Below, piece after piece: positions 9,314 through 17,906 of a DNA stretch of 64,000 nucleotides. The position numbers and the translations under genes are program-made. The notes below the pieces were generated by a model. It was not told the origin of the DNA, did no database searches, and worked only from the letters and a program-made list of their open reading frames with translations. This stretch comes from a virus: the IMG/VR virus record IMGVR_UViG_3300045988_131786, positions 86,055-150,054 of that record. One strand, given 5' to 3'. Numbering within the stretch: the stretch's first letter is position 1; each line of letters begins with the position of its first letter.

Positions 9314-11479
9314 ATGATTACAAAACAGACTAAAGAGTATGGTGACCTTTTTAGACAAGCATCAGAAGACCTTAAAAAGTATAATACTAGTTATCAGCTA
9401 ATTTCTGACCCAAAGACTCAAGATAAAACACCAATTTTAAAAACAAATTATGTTGTAATTGAGTTAACTGCGGATGATTATGTTCCAAAGACATATTACA
9501 TCCAAAAGAGTGAAGGTGTTTACGAAATTGATAATAGTCTTACTTTTACTCCTGGTCAGACTTATTACTATGATGCGGCTGAACAGATTACCAGTTTGGA
9601 TGAGTATTTTTCATACATTGAAGATTTGAATCATATTAATCGTAAATATACAATTCTTCCATTAGATGAAGAGCCTTTTGTAATTGATGCTAATACAAGA
9701 ACTATTACAGTTCCTAAGTCTTTTAAGACTAATGGTATTAGTGTTCAAGGTGATGAAGTTGCAGAAACTATTTATTTTAAAATTGATAGATTCTTCGATG
9801 CTACAGACCTTGACATGATGGACATTTATGTTCAGTGGCGCTCTTCTGAAGTTGATGAGGAAGGTAATCCAGTAGAAAAGGTATCTCCTATCTGGGTTAA
9901 AGATATTGAAAGTCAGCCAGGTTATATTATTTTTGGTTGGCCTATCAGCTCAAAAGCTACTGCTGTAGATGGTAAAATTCAGTTCTCTGTTCGTTTTTAT
10001 AAATATGATAGAGAAACAGAAAAACTTACTTACAGTTTATCTACATTAACTTGTACTGCTGAAATTAAGCCTTCTCTTAACTTTGACCTTCCAGGAATTA
10101 TTAAAGATGGAAAAGAAAGAATTGATGATGCAACTAATCTGATTAATAACAGATTTGTTAATTCTACTGGAACTACGGGCGGAACACCTGCCGCAGAACC
10201 TTTATTCGTTAAAGACCTTGATGGTAAACCATTTGTTGATGAAAAAGGAAACAATGTTAAGGAAGCATTTCTTGATAAGAGAACTGGAATCCTTAAAGAC
10301 CATGTTGAGGCTGTTTCTACAGATGGTGGCGCAATTACTTATACATGGAAGAAATATAATATTGATACTAACGAAAGAATGCAAGGATTAGATTCTGATG
10401 GTCAAGATGTAATGCCTTATGAAACAGTTCATATTGAATCTACGGATACAGAACGTAATCCTAATAAACTTTATTATGTTTCTTCTACTATTTCTGATGG
10501 TTTAACTCCTGTATATACTTTATACAAAGGTGCTATTCCTCCAGAAGATGAAGAAACAATTATCTATGAGAAAGTTTCTCAAGGAACTATGAATTCTGTT
10601 GGTAAATATATTGTTACTTCTACAAATCGTGTTAAACAGAGTAGAAAAACCGCAGATAGTACAATGGTTTATATTAAGAAACCATCTGAAGTTGTCGTTG
10701 AGGAAAGCTTTAAAGATAGCCTTAGTGCAATTATTCCTCCACAAGCAAAAGATTCAGATGTACCAGGAAGTGTTACTTTAAATGTTAAAGCAACTACTCA
10801 GGATACTGTTGACAAGAAACCTAATGAAGTTACTTATCAGTGGTATAAGAAACCTATTACTGCAAAACCAGATGATAAGACTGAATGGGAAAAACTTACA
10901 CCTGGTGGAACTGGAAGCAGCTATATGGTAACAGGTTATGATGCTGTTGTTGGCGGAGTGCATGAAGGCGACGGTTACTATAAAGCTATTGTAACAAATA
11001 CACTTAATAAAGAAGCTGTTTCTACAGAATCTAAAGTATGTCGTGTTACTCACAAAGCTTCAGTTCCTGCTATCAAAGAAACTACTGACCTTTCTAAACC
11101 AGTAAGTTTAGCTAAGAGAATTGGTTTCTCTATTGAGGGAAGTATTCCAGCAGAAGCTGGTGAAGCTGGCAGAACTGACCAAGATACTTTTGAATATCAA
11201 TGGTTTATTTATAGATATAGTAATATCAATAAACTTCAAGAGGATAGAGAAAAAGCAGAGAAACAAGAATATCTGTTTGATAAAGACCTTGAGATTGTTG
11301 GAGCTACTAAAGCTAAAATTAAGCTTGAGGATTATACGATTCCTGCGGCTGCAGATTCTGATACCTGGGCTGGTTTAACAATCTTCTGCCAGGTAACAAA
11401 TGTTTATAATGGAACTAAAGCAGTTCGTTGTTCTAGATTCTTTGATATTCTTCGTGATGCTGCGGCAGATGGTGAATGA
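9314..11479 (+). CDS. Structural protein with an N-terminal domain shared with the next gene and three Ig-like (BIG-like) domains
   Basis: 721-aa ORF. It contains repeated Y-x-W-(Y/K)-K ... G-x-Y-x-(A/C)-x-V-T-N units (TYTWKKYN..., TYQWYKKP...GYYKAIVTN, EYQWFIYR...IFCQVTNV), characteristic of Ig-like folds on phage virion proteins. Confidence 0.55.
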   Translation: MITKQTKEYGDLFRQASEDLKKYNTSYQLISDPKTQDKTPILKTNYVVIELTADDYVPKTYYIQKSEGVYEIDNSLTFTPGQTYYYDAAEQITSLDEYFSYIEDLNHINRKYTILPLDEEPFVIDANTRTITVPKSFKTNGISVQGDEVAETIYFKIDRFFDATDLDMMDIYVQWRSSEVDEEGNPVEKVSPIWVKDIESQPGYIIFGWPISSKATAVDGKIQFSVRFYKYDRETEKLTYSLSTLTCTAEIKPSLNFDLPGIIKDGKERIDDATNLINNRFVNSTGTTGGTPAAEPLFVKDLDGKPFVDEKGNNVKEAFLDKRTGILKDHVEAVSTDGGAITYTWKKYNIDTNERMQGLDSDGQDVMPYETVHIESTDTERNPNKLYYVSSTISDGLTPVYTLYKGAIPPEDEETIIYEKVSQGTMNSVGKYIVTSTNRVKQSRKTADSTMVYIKKPSEVVVEESFKDSLSAIIPPQAKDSDVPGSVTLNVKATTQDTVDKKPNEVTYQWYKKPITAKPDDKTEWEKLTPGGTGSSYMVTGYDAVVGGVHEGDGYYKAIVTNTLNKEAVSTESKVCRVTHKASVPAIKETTDLSKPVSLAKRIGFSIEGSIPAEAGEAGRTDQDTFEYQWFIYRYSNINKLQEDREKAEKQEYLFDKDLEIVGATKAKIKLEDYTIPAAADSDTWAGLTIFCQVTNVYNGTKAVRCSRFFDILRDAAADGE

Positions 11480-11506
11480 TTAATTAAGTAAAGGAGGTCA
11501 TTAAAA

Positions 11507-12097
11507 GTGATTACAACTCCACAAGAATACTATGACTTACTTTACAGAATTCAGGATGAAAATAAACCAACTCTTGCGCTATTACTTCCTAGTGATGAAA
11601 AAATCTTTGAAATAGATTTGAATACGCGTAAGATTGATGCTCCTAAATATTTAAGCGTAGAATTAGACCATAAAGCTGAAACAATTTATTTTAAAATCGC
11701 AAGATATTATGATAATATTGATTTAGCTAATATGACTTGTATAGTTCAATATATTAATGCTAAAGGTGAGGGCCGCGTCTATGCGGTCCCTTACTATGAT
11801 GTTGATACTTACTCCGACGAGAATATGATGCTTTTTCCTTGGTGTATAGATGGAGAAGCAACAAAAGCCGCAGGTAATGTATCATATTCAGTACGTTTTT
11901 ATGATATAGATGAGTCTGGTACTTATTTACGTTATAATATTAGTACTCTTCCTTCAAAAAGTGAAGTATTACATGGTATTGCACCAAAGACTGATATAGA
12001 TGATTCCAATGATTATTTAGCTAGTTTTAAAGACCAGTTATTTGCGGAAATTAAGAAAATTTCTGAATATGATTTACATTGGGAAGACCACTTTTAA
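11507..12097 (+). CDS. Structural protein (196 aa) whose domain is paralogous to the N-terminus of the 9314..11479 product
   Basis: GTG start with AGGAGG 7 nt upstream. The motif ...IDLNTRKIDAPKY...AETIYFKIARYYDNIDLANM...VQYIN...VSYSVRFYDIDE aligns with ...IDANTRTITVPKSF...AETIYFKIDRFFDATDLDMM...VQW...IQFSVRFYKYDRE in the preceding protein. Confidence 0.55.
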   Translation: MITTPQEYYDLLYRIQDENKPTLALLLPSDEKIFEIDLNTRKIDAPKYLSVELDHKAETIYFKIARYYDNIDLANMTCIVQYINAKGEGRVYAVPYYDVDTYSDENMMLFPWCIDGEATKAAGNVSYSVRFYDIDESGTYLRYNISTLPSKSEVLHGIAPKTDIDDSNDYLASFKDQLFAEIKKISEYDLHWEDHF

Positions 12098-12104
12098 CTC
12101 ATAT

Positions 12105-12142
12105 AGAGAGGGTGACCTGCGGGTTGCCCTCTCTTTTTTTTT
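12105..12142 (+). terminator. Rho-independent terminator
   Basis: agagaggg...ccctctct stem followed by ttttttttt. Confidence 0.55.
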
Positions 12143-12232
12143 GGACAAAAATAATTAAAACAAAATTAGATATTTTTATAAATTCATAGAGATATAAAAA
12201 ACTTAAATGAAATGAGAAAAAGGAGGTTAAAC

Positions 12233-15200
12233 ATGGCAGACAATACAATAGCTAATGCTATTAAATTTTTAAAAGGCGAAGAAAAAAGTTTGCCTGCAAC
12301 CAAAACTGAAGGTCAAGTATATTTTGCCTATAAGAATGTCGGCACCGCAGAAAAACCTTCATATACAGGTGCTATTTATATAGATACTCCTATTGGAGGA
12401 ACTCAAACTAGAGTAAAAATGACCGCGAATGCGGATATAGCAGATAAAGCATTTAATGATTCTGCTGGATTAAATATTAGAGAAACTTATTTAAGTAGTT
12501 TAGGATATACAGATGATGGTAAGCAAACTATATTAATTAAAGGTAGTGGAAATAACCAAACAAAAATAGCATTACCAATAGCTAGTACAACTAAATCTGG
12601 TATTGTTACTACTGATGCTCAAAGTTTTGGTGGAACAAAGACTTTTGCTACTATTAATTCTACTAATTTAACTGTAACTGGTTCTAGTGGTTTTAATTAT
12701 AGTGGTATTGAAACTGCTACTGAAAGTAAAGCACGACCTATATGGTTTGCAGATAATTCTGGTAATGGTAAACCTGTAGTTAATATTAATTTTACTTATA
12801 ATCCTGCTACTCAGACTCTTAGTGTTGCGAATTTATCTGGAACCGCAGATAAAGCCAATAAAGATAATGCTGGATATGATATTAGAAGCACTTATATTAG
12901 TAATATTACTTTAGATGATAGTATTATGACTATTACTAAAGGGTCTGGAGCTACTTCAACATTAAGTATAAAAGATAAACTTTATAGTGGTGATGAAATA
13001 ACAACTAAAGATGATTTAGATGATTTTATTGAGACTAATGTTTTTAAATTTGGACATATAGGTCCTATAGAAGGCTATAACGGCTTAGAGAAAAATGATG
13101 GAATTATTTTAAGCAGCTCTTGGAAAACTACTCCAAATTATGGTCATCAGATTTTTATAGATGATAGTGGTTATGCTTTAAGACATAGATATAGAACTAA
13201 TAAAGTTTGGTCAGATTGGGCTTCAATTCTTGATTCAACTAATTATAATAGTTACGCTCCTACTAAGACTGGTGGCGGAGCTTCTGGTACTTGGGGTATT
13301 AATATTTCAGGTAATGCCGCGAGTGCTAATAAATTAAATACTAATGCAGGTTCAGCAATCTTACCAGTGTATTTTTCTAACGGTGTGCCAGTAGCTTGTA
13401 GTACAAATTTAGGAGTTAGTATAACAGGAAATGCAGCTTCTGCTACTAAATTAACTTCAAGTGCAGGCTCTGCTACACAGCCTATTTATTTTAAAGATGG
13501 GAAACCAGTAGCTACTACTTACTCTTTGAATGCTACTGTAAAAGCAGGAGTATCTAGTAGAATAGCTTATTATTCTGGAAATAATGAGATTTCAAGTGCA
13601 AGTTCTTTAAAATATTATACTACCACTAATAATAAAAAAGCAATACAAACTATTTTACGAATTTGGGGTTCTACTTATGGTAATGACATAAATACTACAA
13701 TTAGCGGTAAAGCAAGTTCTTTGAGTTGGAATGATGGCGGTCCGCAAATACAATTTAGTACTTCTGAAGCGGGAGCCCAAGATGGAGCTTTAATTTTTAC
13801 AGACCATGATTCAGCAGGTATTGGAGCAAGTTTTCATTTTGTATCAAATCAAAGCGAATGGAGCGTTGTTTCTAAAAGATTTGTTGCAAAAACAAGCGTA
13901 ATTATTGGTCAAGAAAATCATACTGCTAATAATCAAGGTTATAATTTATATGTTAATGGAACTGAATATATTAATGGAATTTTAACAGCTGTTGGTGATT
14001 GTAAATTTATTGCTCATGGTAATGAATTCAATTTTGTTCCAACATTAAAAGCTTCGACAAAGGTATGGTTTAATTATAGACAAACTGGTGGACAACCCAC
14101 AGATGGTGATTTTATTATTAATGAATATATTTTTGGCAATGGAGCAAATAAAGCTTTAGCAAGCATTAAAGATGGTTTATTTTCCGGAGCAGCTACTTAT
14201 GTACGTGATTCTAATAATAATACGAATAATATTTCAATAACTTATTCTAAGGCTGGACAAGCTTCAACTTCTTGGCTTGCTTCTTGGAATGAATATGAAT
14301 TAGGCCGAATTTCCCCCGCTAATATTACTGCGGGTAAAGCTACTAAATTAGCTACAGCACGTACTATAACTTTATCTGGAGCTGTAACTGGTTCAGTTAG
14401 TTTTGATGGTAGTGCAAATGTAACTCTTACTACAAGTGTTAATCATACGCATAGTCAATATTATGATTCAAATATATCAAGAACTAAAAATACAGTACTT
14501 GCTGCACCAAATGGAACAGATGGAAAAGCTATCTTTAGAAGTTTGGTGGCTGCAGATATTCCTTCTTTAACCAAAAGCAAAATATCTGATTTTCCAACAT
14601 CTATGCCCGCAAGTGATGTATACGCTTGGGCGAAAGCTTCTACGAAACCAAGCTATTCTTGGGGTGAGATTACTGGTAAGCCTAGTACATTTACACCAAG
14701 TAGTCATGAGCATAGTTATATTATTGGTTATGGTACTAATACGATATCATCATCAAGCAAAGATACTCCTGCTGAATGGGGAAAATGTAAATGCAGTGTT
14801 CATTGGTATACTACATCTAATTATATTACTGACCAACCAACTCAGTGGGGATACTTGGTAAATATTGGAACTCCTGGCGAAGTTCATCAATTATGGTTAT
14901 CTCAACCAGGTGGAGCTATTGCCCATAGAGGTGGAAATGCTAACGGGTGGGAAGGTTCATGGAAAGTCATGCTTGATTCTTCCAACTATACTTCTTATAC
15001 AGTTACAAAATCTGGTTCGGGTGCATCTGGTACTTGGGGAATCAACGTTACAGGTAACGCCGCCACAGCAACCAAGCTTCAAACAGCACGTACTATTAGT
15101 TTAACAGGTTCAGTTACTGGTTCTGGAACTTTTGATGGATCTGGTAATTTAAGTATTACAACTTCAACTAACCATTCACATAGTCAGTATTTGCCATTAG

Positions 15201-15640
15201 CCGGTGGCACTATGACTGGTACTATTAATTTTACTGTTAATAAATTAGCTTGCAATTTTAGAAGTGGTAGCAATAGCTTTCGTTCTGGTGTAATGCATCA
15301 ATCAGATGGAAATGAAGCTTTAGTTTTTGCAGTAGCAAGGGCAACTACTAGTTTTATATTTAAATGTGGACAAGATCCTGTTGGTATGACGTCTTCTACT
15401 TGGAAGAATATTACCCCTTCAATGCAAATAAGAAATCAAAGCGTATATATAAATTATTTAGTTAAAAGTGATGCAGTAGCAAGTTATAATTTATATGTAA
15501 ATGGCACTACTCGTTGCAATGGAACTTTAGGAGTAGGAAATGGTTCGAATGCGGAAATAGATTTTTTCCCTAATAGTGCTTCAATTATTGGCGCTAGAAT
15601 TAAAGCTTATAGCGATAGAATAGAATTCATATTTAGTTAA
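12233..15640 (+). CDS. Long tail fibre protein (about 1,135 aa) with internally duplicated repeat modules
   Basis: ATG at 12233 has AGGAGG 6 nt upstream; the track's ATG at 12212 lies inside the RBS. The N-terminus GQVYFAYKNVGTAEKPSYTGAIYIDT is fibre-like. Duplicated blocks are TGGGASGTWGINISGNAASANKL / SGSGASGTWGINVTGNAATATKL and ARTITLSGAVTGSVSFDGSANVTLTTSVNHTHSQYY / ARTISLTGSVTGSGTFDGSGNLSITTSTNHSHSQYL. Confidence 0.75.
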   Translation: MADNTIANAIKFLKGEEKSLPATKTEGQVYFAYKNVGTAEKPSYTGAIYIDTPIGGTQTRVKMTANADIADKAFNDSAGLNIRETYLSSLGYTDDGKQTILIKGSGNNQTKIALPIASTTKSGIVTTDAQSFGGTKTFATINSTNLTVTGSSGFNYSGIETATESKARPIWFADNSGNGKPVVNINFTYNPATQTLSVANLSGTADKANKDNAGYDIRSTYISNITLDDSIMTITKGSGATSTLSIKDKLYSGDEITTKDDLDDFIETNVFKFGHIGPIEGYNGLEKNDGIILSSSWKTTPNYGHQIFIDDSGYALRHRYRTNKVWSDWASILDSTNYNSYAPTKTGGGASGTWGINISGNAASANKLNTNAGSAILPVYFSNGVPVACSTNLGVSITGNAASATKLTSSAGSATQPIYFKDGKPVATTYSLNATVKAGVSSRIAYYSGNNEISSASSLKYYTTTNNKKAIQTILRIWGSTYGNDINTTISGKASSLSWNDGGPQIQFSTSEAGAQDGALIFTDHDSAGIGASFHFVSNQSEWSVVSKRFVAKTSVIIGQENHTANNQGYNLYVNGTEYINGILTAVGDCKFIAHGNEFNFVPTLKASTKVWFNYRQTGGQPTDGDFIINEYIFGNGANKALASIKDGLFSGAATYVRDSNNNTNNISITYSKAGQASTSWLASWNEYELGRISPANITAGKATKLATARTITLSGAVTGSVSFDGSANVTLTTSVNHTHSQYYDSNISRTKNTVLAAPNGTDGKAIFRSLVAADIPSLTKSKISDFPTSMPASDVYAWAKASTKPSYSWGEITGKPSTFTPSSHEHSYIIGYGTNTISSSSKDTPAEWGKCKCSVHWYTTSNYITDQPTQWGYLVNIGTPGEVHQLWLSQPGGAIAHRGGNANGWEGSWKVMLDSSNYTSYTVTKSGSGASGTWGINVTGNAATATKLQTARTISLTGSVTGSGTFDGSGNLSITTSTNHSHSQYLPLAGGTMTGTINFTVNKLACNFRSGSNSFRSGVMHQSDGNEALVFAVARATTSFIFKCGQDPVGMTSSTWKNITPSMQIRNQSVYINYLVKSDAVASYNLYVNGTTRCNGTLGVGNGSNAEIDFFPNSASIIGARIKAYSDRIEFIFS

Positions 15641-15655
15641 TATAAAAATTTAATA

Positions 15656-15694
15656 GGTTAAGGTCAGTTAATTTGACTTTAACCTATTTTTTTT
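15656..15694 (+). terminator. Rho-independent terminator
   Basis: aggttaaggtca ... tgactttaacct stem followed by tttttttt. Confidence 0.6.
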
Positions 15695-15728
15695 ATACTA
15701 TTTTTTAGATATAAAGGAGATTAAATAT

Positions 15729-16646
15729 ATGTTATGGGATAAAAAAGATAATTTATATGCTGAAGGATCGAGCGTCAGAAATGATAAACCCTACTTTTAT
15801 TATTATTATGAAAATCATTCACAATTTTTTATTTCTAAAGATTGGGTTGCATACTATCCCGGCCCTGGCTTTACTGAAGGTTATGTAAATAATACTTTTG
15901 AATCTGGACCTCAGTATACTTATGATAAAGCACATATGAAAACTGTAAAGCACACTTTAAAAAATGGAACATCTTATAATCTTTATACAGTTTTTATGGC
16001 TACCAATGGATTTGGACGAGAAGGAGCTGTACTATTTCGTATTTGGTCAACAGATGATTCAACAAGATCCCCTGCTTTTGGGGTTATAAGTGCCACAGGT
16101 TATGGTGCTGCCACTATTTCAGAAACATCAGGAATAAAAGATGCATGGGTATTATTAAATTTAACTTACAACCAATCTTCAAATTCTTATATATTTAGTA
16201 TGAATAGATATGATTGTACATCAAAAAGATGGTTGAGTAATAGACTTAGTACTGAAAATAATAATATTAATTTTTCACAGTCTGGTCTTAATGCTTTGAA
16301 AATGCCCAATGGTTATAATCCTCAAGAATTTAGTGAATATTTTCCAAAATTTATAATAAATATGTCTGAACCAGGTGAATATGGTTTTTCTAATTTTTTA
16401 GGATATAGCGTTAATATTACTGAAGCAGAAGCAGAAGAAATCATAAATGGAAAATTTTTTTATTCTAAAACTAATAATTCAATGTATGCTTTATTTTATA
16501 ATGAATATACTCAAAAAGAAGCTTACCCTAATACAACTTTTTATTATGATGGGACTATAATACCAAGAGGACAATTAGTTGAGGGTGCAATAAATCAAGT
16601 ATGTAAAAATGGCGATATAAAATCTCAAGAATTTATTGAGTATTAA
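15729..16646 (+). CDS. Hypothetical protein (305 aa), Tyr/Asn-rich, located between the tail fibre gene and the cassette array
   Basis: ORF with AAGGAGAT 8 nt upstream of the ATG. Its stop codon lies 2 nt upstream of the first copy of the conserved 47-nt module. Confidence 0.5.
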   Translation: MLWDKKDNLYAEGSSVRNDKPYFYYYYENHSQFFISKDWVAYYPGPGFTEGYVNNTFESGPQYTYDKAHMKTVKHTLKNGTSYNLYTVFMATNGFGREGAVLFRIWSTDDSTRSPAFGVISATGYGAATISETSGIKDAWVLLNLTYNQSSNSYIFSMNRYDCTSKRWLSNRLSTENNNINFSQSGLNALKMPNGYNPQEFSEYFPKFIINMSEPGEYGFSNFLGYSVNITEAEAEEIINGKFFYSKTNNSMYALFYNEYTQKEAYPNTTFYYDGTIIPRGQLVEGAINQVCKNGDIKSQEFIEY

Positions 16647-16648
16647 TT

Positions 16649-16695
16649 AACTTAAATCAACTACTATTAACGGAAACTTATCCGTCACTGGGAAT
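16649..16695 (+). repeat. Copy 1 of a 47-nt direct repeat module (aacttaaatcaactactattaacggaaacttatccgtcactgggaat). The module encodes (Q/*)LKSTTINGNLSVTGN.
   Basis: Nucleotide-identical to 17038..17084 and 17478..17524, as read directly from the sequence. Confidence 0.9.
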
Positions 16696-17031
16696 ATCTC
16701 ATGTCCTGGATTAAGAGCAAATTTTGGGTTGATAACTTATAATTATGGTAATTTAGGTTCACTAGGAGGAAATTATTGTTATTGGAATGATTTTTTCTTA
16801 TATGCACATATTGCATTTCAATTTCCAGATAATATTCCTGGTGGAACTTTATTAATGACATTTCCAGCTTCATCAACTGCAAATCTAACTAATATAGGAT
16901 TTTGCGGTTTCAATAATGCGACACAGACACAAAACATTGTAGCATTTAATTTTATTGGAAATAAAATGTATATGTGTACAAATAGACCGGCTGCAGGTAA
17001 CTTTAGCTTTGATATTATTTTACCTAGATAA
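16651..17031 (+). CDS. Cassette 1. The open frame runs from the module (LKSTTINGNLSVTGN) into a roughly 110-aa variable domain. There is no canonical start codon or RBS, and a TAA sits immediately 5' of the module.
   Basis: The frame is open from 16651 to the stop at 17029..17031. The ORF track calls only 16729..17031, from TTG. This first cassette is the most divergent of the three. Confidence 0.4.
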   Translation, partial: LKSTTINGNLSVTGNISCPGLRANFGLITYNYGNLGSLGGNYCYWNDFFLYAHIAFQFPDNIPGGTLLMTFPASSTANLTNIGFCGFNNATQTQNIVAFNFIGNKMYMCTNRPAAGNFSFDIILPR

Positions 17032-17037
17032 AAAATT

Positions 17038-17084
17038 AACTTAAATCAACTACTATTAACGGAAACTTATCCGTCACTGGGAAT
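17038..17084 (+). repeat. Copy 2 of the 47-nt direct repeat module
   Basis: Identical to copies 1 and 3. Confidence 0.9.
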
Positions 17085-17429
17085 TTGGTTAAAAATGATA
17101 GTTGGACAGGTAGTGTTAACTGTAATTCTGGTTTTGTACTTACTATTAGATTTTACAAAGTAAGTAATTTAGTTTTTGGAACTTTTGATTTTGCTACTCA
17201 AGCTGGAAAAACTATACCACCTTGGAAATGGATTAACATTTGTCCCGCTGGAACTATACCGATTAATTTTAGACCAAAATCAAGTAATAAAGATATGATG
17301 ATTTCTTTACAAGGTGTTGGTGCAGGTAAAGTTGGATTTAATATTGATGGAAGTATTGATATGATGTGTTTTGATACTTTTCAGTCACAGCATGAAGGTG
17401 GTATGCAAGTTATTTATCTTGTAGATTGA
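17040..17429 (+). CDS. Cassette 2. The module frame continues into a variable domain paralogous to cassette 3. There is no ATG or RBS; a TAA lies immediately 5', and a TTG at 17085 follows the module.
   Basis: The translation LKSTTINGNLSVTGN-LVKNDSWTGSVNCNSGF...FATQAGKTIPPWKWINICPAGTIPINFRP...GAGKVGFNIDGSIDMMCFDTF...GGMQVIYLVD aligns with cassette 3 (WTGSFACNSGY...FATASEKSIPAWKWTRISPAGAIPSNFRP...GAGAINFNADGSIDVNCYGTF...GGLQVIYPIN). Confidence 0.45.
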   Translation, partial: LKSTTINGNLSVTGNLVKNDSWTGSVNCNSGFVLTIRFYKVSNLVFGTFDFATQAGKTIPPWKWINICPAGTIPINFRPKSSNKDMMISLQGVGAGKVGFNIDGSIDMMCFDTFQSQHEGGMQVIYLVD

Positions 17430-17470
17430 GATATTCCAATTTTTTGTAAACAAAAAGGAGGAAAATTTAC

Positions 17471-17866
17471 ATGGCGCAACTTAAATCAACTACTATTAAC
17501 GGAAACTTATCCGTCACTGGGAATTTTAATTATAATAATTATTGGACGGGTTCTTTTGCTTGCAATTCTGGATATAAAGCATCAGGCACCTTATGGAGAA
17601 TAGGTAATTTGGTTATTGGCTATTTTACTTTTGCTACAGCAAGTGAAAAAAGTATACCAGCCTGGAAATGGACTAGAATTTCTCCTGCTGGAGCTATTCC
17701 GAGTAATTTCAGGCCAAATGTAAATAGATCCCAATCTATTGCATTACAAAAAATCGGTGCAGGAGCAATAAATTTTAATGCAGACGGAAGTATTGATGTA
17801 AACTGCTATGGAACTTTTGGTGGACCTTGGGCTGGAGGATTACAAGTTATTTATCCTATAAATTAA
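17471..17866 (+). CDS. Cassette 3. This is the only copy with a canonical RBS and ATG (MAQ + LKSTTINGNLSVTGN + variable domain). It is a putative tail-fibre tip or adhesin-like protein of 131 aa.
   Basis: AAAGGAGG lies 9 nt upstream of the ATG. The module sits at codons 4 to 18. The variable domain is paralogous to cassette 2. Confidence 0.7.
   Translation: MAQLKSTTINGNLSVTGNFNYNNYWTGSFACNSGYKASGTLWRIGNLVIGYFTFATASEKSIPAWKWTRISPAGAIPSNFRPNVNRSQSIALQKIGAGAINFNADGSIDVNCYGTFGGPWAGGLQVIYPIN
17478..17524 (+). repeat. Copy 3 of the 47-nt direct repeat module
   Basis: Identical to copies 1 and 2. Confidence 0.9.
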
Positions 17867-17906
17867 GATATTCTAATTTTTTAGAAATAAAAAGGAGATA
17901 TTAAAA

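Noticed and set aside
10030-11378. Multiple short overlapping ORFs on both strands within 9314..11479
   Set aside because: They lie internal to a convincing Ig-like-domain gene and have no independent signals.
12212-12232. ORF-track start at 12212 for the tail fibre gene
   Set aside because: The AGGAGG Shine-Dalgarno sequence lies inside these codons, 6 nt upstream of the ATG at 12233, so the downstream ATG is the likely start.
16649-17524. Three evenly spaced identical direct repeats, considered as a possible CRISPR array
   Set aside because: The repeats are 47 nt long, spaced about 390 to 440 bp apart, and lie in frame at the 5' ends of paralogous coding cassettes. This is not CRISPR repeat-spacer geometry.
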